A stretch of DNA of 38,337 nucleotides from Geothermobacteraceae bacterium (GTDB taxonomy: Bacteria > Desulfobacterota > Desulfuromonadia > Desulfuromonadales > Geothermobacteraceae): the NCBI GenBank assembly GCA_035266745.1, contig DATFMT010000215.1, forward strand, positions 1-38,337, in the 5' to 3' direction. A program made the translations under genes and the position numbers. The notes beneath the pieces are model-generated. The model did no database searches. It saw only the letters and a list, made by a program, of their open reading frames with translations, and had not been told where the DNA came from. Positions 10,037 through 18,430 of the stretch are shown piece after piece. How positions within the stretch are numbered: position 1 is the first letter of the stretch; each line of letters opens with the position of its first letter.

Positions 10037-10483
10037 CTAGCAGTTCAGCGCGGTCTCGATGGCGGCCCTGGCCAGGGCGTCACAACGTTCATTCTCCGGG
10101 TGGCCGGCGTGGCCCCTGACCCAGTGCCACTCGACTTCATGTTTCTCAGTCAGTAGCAGCAGGCGTTCCCACAGATCACGGTTGGCGACATCTTTTCGCT
10201 GGGAATTTTTCCAACCCTTCTTGACCCAGTTCTGAATCCACTCGGTGATCCCTTTTTTGACATATTGCGAGTCGGTGGTCAGGACCACCTTGCAGGGGCG
10301 GGTCAACGATTCGAGACCGGCAATTGCGCCGATCAGTTCCATCCGGTTGTTGGTGGTTTCCAGTTCGAAACCGGAGAGTTCTTTTTCGCTGCCGTTGTAG
10401 CGCAACAGGGTTCCCCAGCCGCCGGGACCGGGGTTGCCGGAACAGGCGCCGTCGGAGAAGATTTCGATGCGTTTTTCGCTCAT
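10037..10483 (-). CDS. rnhA: Ribonuclease HI
   Basis: 148 aa. [24 protein letters not shown]...TTNNRMEL...TDSQYV...[20 protein letters not shown] carries the canonical RNase H1 catalytic D-E-D-D context. Confidence 0.93.
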   Translation of the reverse strand: MSEKRIEIFSDGACSGNPGPGGWGTLLRYNGSEKELSGFELETTNNRMELIGAIAGLESLTRPCKVVLTTDSQYVKKGITEWIQNWVKKGWKNSQRKDVANRDLWERLLLLTEKHEVEWHWVRGHAGHPENERCDALARAAIETALNC

Positions 10484-10555
10484 GGGTGCTCGCTGCGGTT
10501 GGGGTTGGTAGGTGGTCGGTGTTTCGGGGAGGATAGCATGGAAGCGGGAGGGGTG
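10430..10555. repeat. Copy 1 of a duplicated segment (rnhA codons 1-19 plus about 70 bp upstream)
   Basis: Hand alignment to 12885-13030. 56 of the first 67 positions are identical, and a second conserved block, ggggagga(t/g)agcatg, follows. Confidence 0.7.
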
Positions 10556-10763
10556 CCAGATCTAGATGGGAGGATCTGCGCCAGGGTCGGGAGCCAAGCT
10601 GACCTTGCCTCCGCGCTTCGGGCATTGTCAGCCAGGCAAGTCCCCTTGGCCAGGCGGTTGGTTGACTCCCGCTCTCGGCATGATGCTAAATGGAAATGCA
10701 GGCCATTTACGGGTTTCTTAACCGTTGTGTTTAGCACTAGGGGGGCGTAGAGGAGAATGAATC

Positions 10764-11660
10764 ATGATTTCACTGAGTCTCAGGTCCTTGTCCACATCGG
10801 TTTTAGCGCTGCTGCTCCTCACTGGCGGCGCGGTGGCCGCCGATGAGGTGACGATCAACACCGTTCCGGTCACCGAACAGATCTTCATGCTTGCCGGGCA
10901 GGGGGGCAACATCGGGCTGTTCATCGGCCCGGACGGCACCTTTATGATCGACGACGAGTATGCGCCGCTGACCGACAAGATCGTCGCGGCGATCAAGGCC
11001 GCCGGCGGCGATATCCCGAAGTTCCTCATCAACACCCACTACCATGGCGACCATACCGGCGGCAACGAGAACCTGGGTCGGCAGGGGGCGCTGATCTTCG
11101 CGCAGGACAACGTCCGTGAGACGCTGCTCGCCGGCAGTTACCTCGCCGCTTTTCAGTCGAAGAGCCCGCCGGCCGCCAAGCCGGCCCTGCCGGTGGTGAC
11201 CTTCGCCGAAAACCTCACCTTTCATCTGAACGGTGACACCGTTCACGCTGTCCACGTCCCCAACGCCCACACCGACGGCGACTGTTTCATTCGCTTCCAG
11301 AAGGCTAACGTTATCCACGCCGGCGACGTCTTCTTCAACGGCTTCTATCCCTTCATCGACGTCGATCACGGCGGTTCGCTCCGGGGGATGATCGAGGCGG
11401 CGGACACGATCCTCGCGCTGGCGGATGACCAGACCAAGATCATCCCGGGCCACGGCCCCTTGGGCGACAAGGCCCAGCTCGCCAGCTACCGGCAGATGCT
11501 CTGGACCGCCTACCAGCGGCTGAAAGCCCTGAAGGTCGAGGGGAAAACCGCCGCGCAGGCGGTGGCCGCCAAGCCGCTGGACGACCTCGAGGCGGAGTGG
11601 GGGGACGGGCTGTTCAAGGGGGACAAGTGGATCGAGCTGGTCTACCCGGGAGTCTACTGA
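10764..11660 (+). CDS. Secreted metallo-beta-lactamase-fold hydrolase
   Basis: 298 aa. N-terminal signal peptide (MISLSLRSLSTSVLALLLLTGGAVAA), an HxHxDH motif (THYHGDHTGGN) and downstream His/Asp ligands (HTDGD, PGHG). GGAG-type RBS upstream. Confidence 0.8.
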   Translation: MISLSLRSLSTSVLALLLLTGGAVAADEVTINTVPVTEQIFMLAGQGGNIGLFIGPDGTFMIDDEYAPLTDKIVAAIKAAGGDIPKFLINTHYHGDHTGGNENLGRQGALIFAQDNVRETLLAGSYLAAFQSKSPPAAKPALPVVTFAENLTFHLNGDTVHAVHVPNAHTDGDCFIRFQKANVIHAGDVFFNGFYPFIDVDHGGSLRGMIEAADTILALADDQTKIIPGHGPLGDKAQLASYRQMLWTAYQRLKALKVEGKTAAQAVAAKPLDDLEAEWGDGLFKGDKWIELVYPGVY

Positions 11661-11709
11661 ACCTGACCGAGGGATCTGCCAGTCCTGGCGTTCCCGCAAG
11701 GAGAAGGCC

Positions 11710-12411
11710 ATGAATAAACCCGTTTGCGCGGTTGTCGGCGTCGGCCCCGGCAACGGCGCCGCGATTGCCAGGAAGTTTGCTGCGCAAGGCTACGCGGTGG
11801 CCCTTTGCGCCCGCAGTCGGGACAAGCTCGAGGTGCTGGCAGCCGAACTGCCCGCTGCGGCGGCATTCGTTTACGATGTCACCGACCCGCAGGCGGCAGG
11901 GTGGGTGTTTGCCGAGATCGAGCAAAAGCTGGGGCCGGTCTCAGTGGTCGCCTACAATGCCGGTTCGGGGACCTGGGGCAGGCTCGATGACGTCTCCGTC
12001 GAGGCATTCCAGTCCTCGTGGGAGGTCAACACCCGCGGCCTGTTCCTTGCAGTCAAGGCGGTGCTGCCGCAGATGCGTCGGCTGGGGGGCGGCGCCATCG
12101 TGGTTTCCGGTGCGACCGCCTCGGTGAGAGGGGGGTTGGAGACGACGGCCTTCGCCTCGGCCAAGGCAGCTCAGCGGAGCCTGACCCAGTCGCTGGCCAA
12201 GCAGCTCGGCCCGGAGAAGATCCACGTCGGCTATGTCGTCCTGGACGGTATGGTAGACCTGGAACGAACCATGGAGCGGATGCCGGACAAGCCGCTCGAT
12301 TTCTTCCTGAGCTCCGAACAGATTGCCGAGGCGGTCTATTATCTGGCGACGCAGCCGGAGCGCGCCTGGACCTTTGAGATGGATCTGCGCCCCTACGGCG
12401 AGAAATGGTAG
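11710..12411 (+). CDS. Short-chain dehydrogenase/reductase family protein, atypical (Phe in place of the catalytic Tyr)
   Basis: 233 aa. Gly-rich motif VVGVGPGNGAAIA, NNAG-like YNAG, and an S...FxxxK segment (SGATAS...AFASAKAA) where classical SDRs have YxxxK. Confidence 0.8.
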   Translation: MNKPVCAVVGVGPGNGAAIARKFAAQGYAVALCARSRDKLEVLAAELPAAAAFVYDVTDPQAAGWVFAEIEQKLGPVSVVAYNAGSGTWGRLDDVSVEAFQSSWEVNTRGLFLAVKAVLPQMRRLGGGAIVVSGATASVRGGLETTAFASAKAAQRSLTQSLAKQLGPEKIHVGYVVLDGMVDLERTMERMPDKPLDFFLSSEQIAEAVYYLATQPERAWTFEMDLRPYGEKW

Positions 12412-12423
12412 CCCGCCCGGTGC

Positions 12424-12789
12424 CTACCTGGGCAACTCGACGGTGACGGTCGTGCCGCCGTAGCCGTGGACGGAGTCATGGGCGCGCACCGTGACCTGGC
12501 CCGTCTTCGCGGGGATCTGCACCCCCGAGAGGCTGCGGGTAAAGGGTTGCTCCTCGGTATGCGGGTGTAGCAGGACGCGCGTCGCCAGCACGGCCCCGGT
12601 CGCATCGACGATCTCCCATTTATCGGCGTAATGCTGCCAACCTTTGTCCCGGTGCGACACGGTGACCTGGAACCGGTAGCTACCGTCACCATTTCTTGTC
12701 GCTTCGGCACGCAGCACATCCGCTTCTCCGGCGTGGGCAGCGGCAACCGGGAGCAGGAGCAGCAGGAACGACAGTGGAAATACCCTCAT
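12424..12789 (-). CDS. Small secreted protein of unknown function
   Basis: 121 aa. Cleavable signal peptide (MRVFPLSFLLLLLPVAAAHA), a good RBS (GAGGTGAA before the ATG) and a beta-rich mature part. No family recognised. Confidence 0.6.
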   Translation of the reverse strand: MRVFPLSFLLLLLPVAAAHAGEADVLRAEATRNGDGSYRFQVTVSHRDKGWQHYADKWEIVDATGAVLATRVLLHPHTEEQPFTRSLSGVQIPAKTGQVTVRAHDSVHGYGGTTVTVELPR

Positions 12790-12884
12790 TTCACCTCTTC
12801 AGCACGGTTTCAAAGAAGTATATCCGATTCCGCTAGTGCCGCTTGCGCGGGCCGTGGCCCCGGCGGTCGTGGACGATGGCGTCC

Positions 12885-12948
12885 GGGGTTGTCGGAGCAA
12901 GCGCCGTCGGAAAAGATTTCGACATGTTTTTCAGTCATAGGTGCTCGT
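12885..12948 (-). pseudogene. Truncated second copy of the rnhA 5' end (first 19 codons conserved, then diverges)
   Basis: My minus-strand translation from the ATG at 12948 gives [19 protein letters not shown], compared with rnh[20 protein letters not shown]. It then reads RHRPRPPGPRPAQAALAESDILL and stops. The upstream DNA (12949-13030) also resembles the rnhA upstream region. Confidence 0.65.
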
Positions 12949-13201
12949 TGCTGCAGGAGATGGATTGTTGGGCGACGGGCGTCGCCGAGCTTTCTGGGGA
13001 GGAGAGCATGAAGGGGGCGGAGGGGCTAGGGGAGATACTGAATTTCCTGAGTTGTGGGTTTACGACCCAATACTGCAACTTTTTGCAATATTGCGTTGTC
13101 AATTTGACCTCTTCCAGGTTCGACCACCAGCCCCAGGTTTTATGAGCTGTTATCAGGCCTGGTGGGGGTGGGGGGCAGGCGCACTGATCCCGCGGAAGAA
13201 A

Positions 13202-13708
13202 TCAGTGCTTGTGCAAGAGTTGTAGTATTCCCTGCAACAGTTGCAGCGGGGTTGGCGGGCAGCCGGGGATCACCGCGTCGACGGGCAAAACCTGTGCGAC
13301 ACCGGCACAACTGGCATAGGACTCGCCGAACTCCCCGCCATGTTTCGCGCAGTCACCCATGGCAATGACCAGTTTGGGGGCTGGCGTTGCATTGTAGGTA
13401 CGCTGCAGCGCCTCCTGCATGTGGCGAGTCACCGGGCCGGTGACCAGGAGCAGATCGGCATGCCGTGGCGAGGCGACGAAGTGGATTCCGAAGCGTTCGA
13501 TATCGTAGAAACCGTTATTGACAGCGTGCATTTCGAGCTCACAGCCGTTACAGGACCCGGCGTCAACCATCCGGATAGCCAGCGAGCCGCCGAACTGGCG
13601 CGCGATCTCACGCTGGCAGGCGGTCCCGAGTTCGGCAACCTCAGCACCGACGGACACGGGTTCGGTCAGCTTGCCAGTTTTGAGAGTTTTTTTATAGAGA
13701 TGATACAT
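13202..13708 (-). CDS. ehrS: Ehr/Hyf-type complex small subunit (NuoB/HycG/HyfI-like), [4Fe-4S] ligands present
   Basis: 168 aa. All four cluster cysteines are present in GSCNGCELE, GDCAKHGG and PGCPP. Symbol assigned by analogy to the Geobacter ehrABCDLS naming, recalled from memory. Confidence 0.85.
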   Translation of the reverse strand: MYHLYKKTLKTGKLTEPVSVGAEVAELGTACQREIARQFGGSLAIRMVDAGSCNGCELEMHAVNNGFYDIERFGIHFVASPRHADLLLVTGPVTRHMQEALQRTYNATPAPKLVIAMGDCAKHGGEFGESYASCAGVAQVLPVDAVIPGCPPTPLQLLQGILQLLHKH

Positions 13709-13742
13709 CGTCGCTGCTCCTCAAGGTTGCCGGTTCGACCCG

Positions 13743-15347
13743 TTACAAGTCATGTCCGCTATAGGAGCCATTGACCGATTTGTTGCAGGCCGGAAAATCG
13801 GGGACAATCGTACCGTCAGTCATCTGTTCGAGCGCCAGCCAGTTGAGCCAGCTGGGATCTCGCGGGAAGTAGCGTAAAACCCGCCCCTGTGCATCGAGGC
13901 GCAGATAGGCCAGGGTTTCACCTCGCCAGCCCTCAATCAACCCCAGCCCCTGCACCTGCTGACCGGTCGCGTGACAGGGAACCGCAATAGCTGTCTTTGG
14001 CAGCTGGCGGAATAACTTGGCGAGCAGATCGATGGAAATCAGGATTTCATCCCCACGCACCCTGACCCGTCGTGCAATGTCCCCTTCGAGATAGGCTGGA
14101 ACCTCAACCTCAAGCTGGTCGTAAGGGGGGTAGGGCGCATCGCGGCGCAAATCATCCTGCAGATTGCTGGCGCGGCCGACATAACCCAAAACTCCGAGCC
14201 TGCTGGCGGTCTCCGGGGGCAGCACTCCGGTGTTGCGCAGGCGATCCTGCAGCGAGGGGTATTCGAGCAGCATCGGCAGCAGTTCTGCGACTTCGCTGCG
14301 CAGGCGCTCCCCGGCGGTCAGCAGGGCCTCGACCTGCTCTGCACCCAGGTCACTGTTCACCCCACCGGCGATCAGATAATCGAACAGCAGGCGGTGGCCG
14401 AAAAAATGCGCGTTATCGCGCTGCCAGAGTTCACGCAGCCGGGTCAGCTGGGTCTGGGCGAAGGCGAAACCGACGTCGTTACAGATGGCGCCGATGTCGC
14501 CAAGATGGTTGGCAATTCGTTCCCGTTCGCAGGCGATGGCCCGCAGGGCGAGGGCACGCGCCGGGAGTCGGGTGCCGAGTGCCTGTTCCGCGGCCTGGCA
14601 GGCGGCCCAACTGTGGGCGACGCTGCTATCGCCGGAGACTCGCGCAGCGAGGCGGATCAAACCCTGCAGATCGCGACCCACCGCAATTTTTTCGATTCCT
14701 TTGTGAACATAGCCGAGCCTCTCTTCGAGGCGCAGAATCGTTTCGCCGACCGCCTGAAAGCGGAAATGTCCCGGTTCGATGATCCCGGCATGAACCGGAC
14801 CGACCGGAATTTCGTAGACTCCGCTCCCCGCGATTGGCGGGAAGGGGTAGGTGGAATCGGCCGGGGTTTCAGCCGCAGGATGACCGGCGCGGGGAAAATC
14901 GTTGCGCAACGGATATTCATCCGCAGCCCAGCCCCGGTGGCGGGTCCAGCGGCGCTGATCCGGGTGGTCGCTGAAATGGACCCCGAGCAGATCCTGAATG
15001 TGGCGTTCCGGACGATCCGCAGCGGGGAAAAAGGGGGTCTGCGCGTTGAGCTGCGGATGATTCTCATCCAGAGCGGTTTCAACCAGCACCTGCCCGTCGC
15101 AGCCGGAAAACAGACTGAAAATCAGGATCCGTGGTGGGCAATGGTCCCCCCAACTGGCCGAAAAGCGCAGCGATTTCTTCGCCGCGATTTCGGCGACCTT
15201 GCCCCAGTCCGCCGCATTGACTCGCAGACGGCAGCAGCTTGGATTGAGCGCAGGTTGTTCGGCGACTTCAAGCTGCAGAGCCTGCAAGGCCTGTCCCAGC
15301 TCCCTGCTCTTGCCGGAGGTGACCCGTGCGGGTTGCCGCTGACTCAT
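13743..15347 (-). CDS. ehrL: Ehr/Hyf-type complex large subunit (NuoC-NuoD/HycE/HyfG-like) lacking NiFe-binding cysteines
   Basis: ORF 13743..15680 trimmed to the ATG at 15347 (MSQRQPARV...), which overlaps the stop of the upstream gene as ATGA. Contains the group-4 hydrogenase signature GPVHAGIIEPGHFRF. The RxCGxCxxxH site reads RVSGDSSVAH, and the C-terminus reads DFPACNKSVNGSYSGHDL instead of DPCxxCxxR. Confidence 0.88.
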   Translation of the reverse strand: MSQRQPARVTSGKSRELGQALQALQLEVAEQPALNPSCCRLRVNAADWGKVAEIAAKKSLRFSASWGDHCPPRILIFSLFSGCDGQVLVETALDENHPQLNAQTPFFPAADRPERHIQDLLGVHFSDHPDQRRWTRHRGWAADEYPLRNDFPRAGHPAAETPADSTYPFPPIAGSGVYEIPVGPVHAGIIEPGHFRFQAVGETILRLEERLGYVHKGIEKIAVGRDLQGLIRLAARVSGDSSVAHSWAACQAAEQALGTRLPARALALRAIACERERIANHLGDIGAICNDVGFAFAQTQLTRLRELWQRDNAHFFGHRLLFDYLIAGGVNSDLGAEQVEALLTAGERLRSEVAELLPMLLEYPSLQDRLRNTGVLPPETASRLGVLGYVGRASNLQDDLRRDAPYPPYDQLEVEVPAYLEGDIARRVRVRGDEILISIDLLAKLFRQLPKTAIAVPCHATGQQVQGLGLIEGWRGETLAYLRLDAQGRVLRYFPRDPSWLNWLALEQMTDGTIVPDFPACNKSVNGSYSGHDL

Positions 15348-16810
15348 AACAGCCCCCTGCCGACGACCATGATGGTCGCCTGGTCGAGCCAGCGGGAAAG
15401 GACGTCGGGGATGGCGATGCCGAGCAGCAGCACCAGCAGCAGATGGAGGACCACCGGCCACATGTTGGCGTCGATTGCGTCTTGTCCTGCAGGTTGTTCG
15501 CCGAAAACCATCGGTTGCACATGCCGGAACAGCCCCGAAAAGGCGACCGCCAGGCCGCTGAGCAGGGGAATCACCAGCCAGGGCCAGCTCTTGATCGTCG
15601 CGCTGAAGAGCAGGAATTCGCTGGTAAAGACGCCGAACGGCGGGAAGCCGGCAATGGCCACCGTGCCGAGCAAAAAGCACCAGCCGACCATCGGCTGGGT
15701 TTTTATCAGGCCGCGGATGCCATCAATGCTTTGAGTGCCGGCGACATGGGCGATGTGGCCGACGGTGACAAAGATCGAGGACTTGGTCAAAGAATGAACA
15801 ATCATGTGCAACAGCGCGCCGAAAGTGGCCAGCGGTCCGCCGATGCCGAAGGCAAAGGTCATCAGCCCCATGTGTTCGATCGATGAGTAGGAAAACATCC
15901 GTTTGATATCACGCTGGCGGTGGAGCAACAGTCCCGCGAGGGTGAAGGTGAGCAGGCCGAAGCCCATCATCATCCTGCCCGCCAGATCATTCTCCAACGC
16001 CGGATCGATGATCATCTTGAAGCGGACCAGCGCATAAAGCGCAATGTTGAGCAGCAGGCCCGAAAGAATGGCCGACATCGGTGTCGGCCCCTCGGAGTGG
16101 GCATCGGGTAGCCAGTTATGCAGAGGCACCAGGCCGACCTTGGTGCCGTAGCCGACCAGTAGAAATCCGAAGGCCAGCAACAGCACCGCCGGTTCAAGTT
16201 GGGTCGCATGCTGGTAGAGCACACTCCACAGCAGGCTGTCGTCACTGCCAGGCAGAATTCGTTCGGCGGCAAAATAGACCAGGACCGTGCCGAACAGCGC
16301 CTGGGCGATGCCGACCCCGCAGAGGATGAAGTATTTCCAGCCGGCTTCGATCGACTCGGGGGTGCGATAGAGCGACACCAGCAGCACGGTGGCCAGGGTT
16401 GCACCTTCGATCGAGACCCACAGAATCCCGAGATTGTTGGTCGAGAGGGCGACCAGCATGGTCAGCAGGAAGCCCTGATACATCGAATGGTAGAGCCGCA
16501 TGCGGCCGTCGTCGACCCGGCCGATTTCCCGTTCGTGAGCCATATAGGGGCGCGAAAAAACCGCGGTGGTCATGCCGACAAAGGCGTTGAGCAGAATCAG
16601 GTAGACGTTGAAGGCGTCGATATAGAACAGCTTGCCGGGGCTGAGCATCGGCCCCTGGTTGAAAATGTTGAGCGCCAGTTGCAGCGAGCAGACGAAGCCG
16701 GCGATACAGATCAGCAGATTGAGGGTGCCGGCGCTTCGCCAGTGGCCGATCACGCCGAAGAGCAGAGTGCCGATCAGCGGCAGCAACAAGGTCAGGTAAA
16801 GGGCACTCAT
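15344..16810 (-). CDS. ehrD: Antiporter-like membrane subunit (NuoM/N, HyfF-like)
   Basis: 488 aa polytopic protein. Conserved channel residues are visible (WVSIEGATL, GYGTKVGLVPLHNWLPDAHSEGP, HSLTKSSIF). 4-nt overlaps with both neighbouring genes. Confidence 0.88.
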   Translation of the reverse strand: MSALYLTLLLPLIGTLLFGVIGHWRSAGTLNLLICIAGFVCSLQLALNIFNQGPMLSPGKLFYIDAFNVYLILLNAFVGMTTAVFSRPYMAHEREIGRVDDGRMRLYHSMYQGFLLTMLVALSTNNLGILWVSIEGATLATVLLVSLYRTPESIEAGWKYFILCGVGIAQALFGTVLVYFAAERILPGSDDSLLWSVLYQHATQLEPAVLLLAFGFLLVGYGTKVGLVPLHNWLPDAHSEGPTPMSAILSGLLLNIALYALVRFKMIIDPALENDLAGRMMMGFGLLTFTLAGLLLHRQRDIKRMFSYSSIEHMGLMTFAFGIGGPLATFGALLHMIVHSLTKSSIFVTVGHIAHVAGTQSIDGIRGLIKTQPMVGWCFLLGTVAIAGFPPFGVFTSEFLLFSATIKSWPWLVIPLLSGLAVAFSGLFRHVQPMVFGEQPAGQDAIDANMWPVVLHLLLVLLLGIAIPDVLSRWLDQATIMVVGRGLL

Positions 16811-17484
16811 TTGTCGACCTCGGTCAAACGGTTGAGGTGATCAACGTCGAGGGAACCAATTCCCGAACGGATCTGGAAGAAGAAGATGCCGAACAGGACC
16901 GCCGCCACCAGCACGTCGAAGGCGACCCCCAGTTCAACGACCATCGGCATTCCGTAGGTAGAGACGACCGCGGCGAAGAAAAGCCCGTTTTCCATCGACA
17001 TGAAGCCGATGACCTGGGCGACCGCCTTGCGCCTGGTGATGATCATCAACATGCCGATCAGCACGACCGCTAATGAAATGGCGATCGTGTTGCGGGTCGC
17101 AAGCAGTGAGAGCTCGCGAATCGGCAGCACGACGTAGTAGCTGAAGAGAGTCAGGGCGCCGGCGGCGATCATGACCAGCGAGCTCCCGCCGACGGTCTCG
17201 ACGCTGCGGCGGATATCGAGCCGGACCACCAGGCGGCGCAACTGCCAGGGAATGAAGAAGACCTTCAAGCCCAGGGTCAGGGCCGCTGAAATGAACAAAT
17301 GATGGTGTCCCGAGCTGCTCGCCATCAGCACCGTGGCGGCAAACAACAGCACGCCCTGCCAGGCGAAGGTGTGAATCAGACCGATCATCCGCGTCTGGGC
17401 CAGCAGCAGAAAGGAACTGAAGAGGATCAGCGCGGCCAGGGTCAGGATCAGCTGTTCACTGAAGGTCAGCAGCGGGAAGCTCAT
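16807..17484 (-). CDS. ehrC: HyfE-like small membrane subunit (NuoK-related)
   Basis: 225 aa, about 7 hydrophobic helices. Size and position match HyfE of hydrogenase-4-type operons. Confidence 0.8.
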   Translation of the reverse strand: MSFPLLTFSEQLILTLAALILFSSFLLLAQTRMIGLIHTFAWQGVLLFAATVLMASSSGHHHLFISAALTLGLKVFFIPWQLRRLVVRLDIRRSVETVGGSSLVMIAAGALTLFSYYVVLPIRELSLLATRNTIAISLAVVLIGMLMIITRRKAVAQVIGFMSMENGLFFAAVVSTYGMPMVVELGVAFDVLVAAVLFGIFFFQIRSGIGSLDVDHLNRLTEVDK

Positions 17485-17485
17485 C

Positions 17486-18430
17486 TCAGCGCACCTCCAG
17501 GATCACATGGCTTAACATGCCGAGCAGCGAGAGAATGAAGGCCAGCCCCAACAGCTGTGGCACCCGGAACAGGCGCATCTTGGCCAGGCCGCTTTCGGCT
17601 GCGGCCAGCACAAAGCCGAGCAACATCAGTTTGATCAGTAACAGCAGCGCCGCAACCAGGAGGTCTGGCGGCGTCAAACTGGTCGCCATCCCCCAGGGGA
17701 CGAACAGATTCACCAGCAAGACGCCATAGAGCAGCAGTTTGATCATCGCCGCCCACTCCATCAGGGCCAGATGGCGACCGCAGTATTCGAGGATCATCGC
17801 TTCGTGGACCATGGTCAGTTCGAGATGGGTCGCCGGGTTGTCGACCGGGATCCTCCCGGTTTCGGCCACGGCCACCAGCACCAGTCCCATGGCGGCGAAA
17901 ATAAAGGATGGATAGAGTTGAAACGGACGCTGCAGCAGGGCGCTGATCATGGTCGAGAGGTTGGTGCTCGAAACGCTCATCGCCAGAGTGAAGATCGCAA
18001 GTAACATCGCCGGTTCAGCCAGCGAGGAGATGGTCATCTCGCGCGAAGAACCCATGCCGCCGAAGGCGGTGCCGATATCCATCCCGGCCAGGGCGAGAAA
18101 GAATCGACCGAGGGCAAAAAAACCGACCAGCACAATGGCATCAGCCAGCGCCGAGGTCGGCAGGTTGGGAGCGACCAGCGGGATCACCGAACAGGCCAGA
18201 GCAGTGACGCTGAAGACGATATAGGGCGCAATCCGGAAGATGGTCGAGGCGTTCGCCGCGACCACGATCTCTTTGCGGAACAGCTTGCCCAGATCGCGGT
18301 AAGTCTGCCAGGGCGCCGCACCCTGGCGATTCTGGAATTTGCACTTGCACCATTTCACCCAGCCGCTCAGCAAGGGCGCGGCGGCGATCATCAGCCCGGT
18401 TTGCAAGAGTGCCAGCAACCAGCCGTTCAT
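17486..18430 (-). CDS. ehrB: NuoH/HycD/HyfC-like membrane subunit
   Basis: 314 aa polytopic protein with the HycD/NuoH-like core (RIPVDNPATHLELTMVHEAMILEY). There is a 1-nt gap to the next gene, and its start overlaps the stop of the upstream gene by 4 nt. Confidence 0.87.
   Translation of the reverse strand: MNGWLLALLQTGLMIAAAPLLSGWVKWCKCKFQNRQGAAPWQTYRDLGKLFRKEIVVAANASTIFRIAPYIVFSVTALACSVIPLVAPNLPTSALADAIVLVGFFALGRFFLALAGMDIGTAFGGMGSSREMTISSLAEPAMLLAIFTLAMSVSSTNLSTMISALLQRPFQLYPSFIFAAMGLVLVAVAETGRIPVDNPATHLELTMVHEAMILEYCGRHLALMEWAAMIKLLLYGVLLVNLFVPWGMATSLTPPDLLVAALLLLIKLMLLGFVLAAAESGLAKMRLFRVPQLLGLAFILSLLGMLSHVILEVR

Noticed and set aside
15348-15680. N-terminal 111-codon extension of the large-subunit ORF (track call 13743..15680). 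Similar extensions occur on 377..928, 1742..2764, 33185..34834 and 35667..37166.
   Set aside because: The extensions overlap the upstream gene in another frame and look non-protein-like. Internal ATGs give canonical N-termini with ATGA-type coupling or a good RBS.
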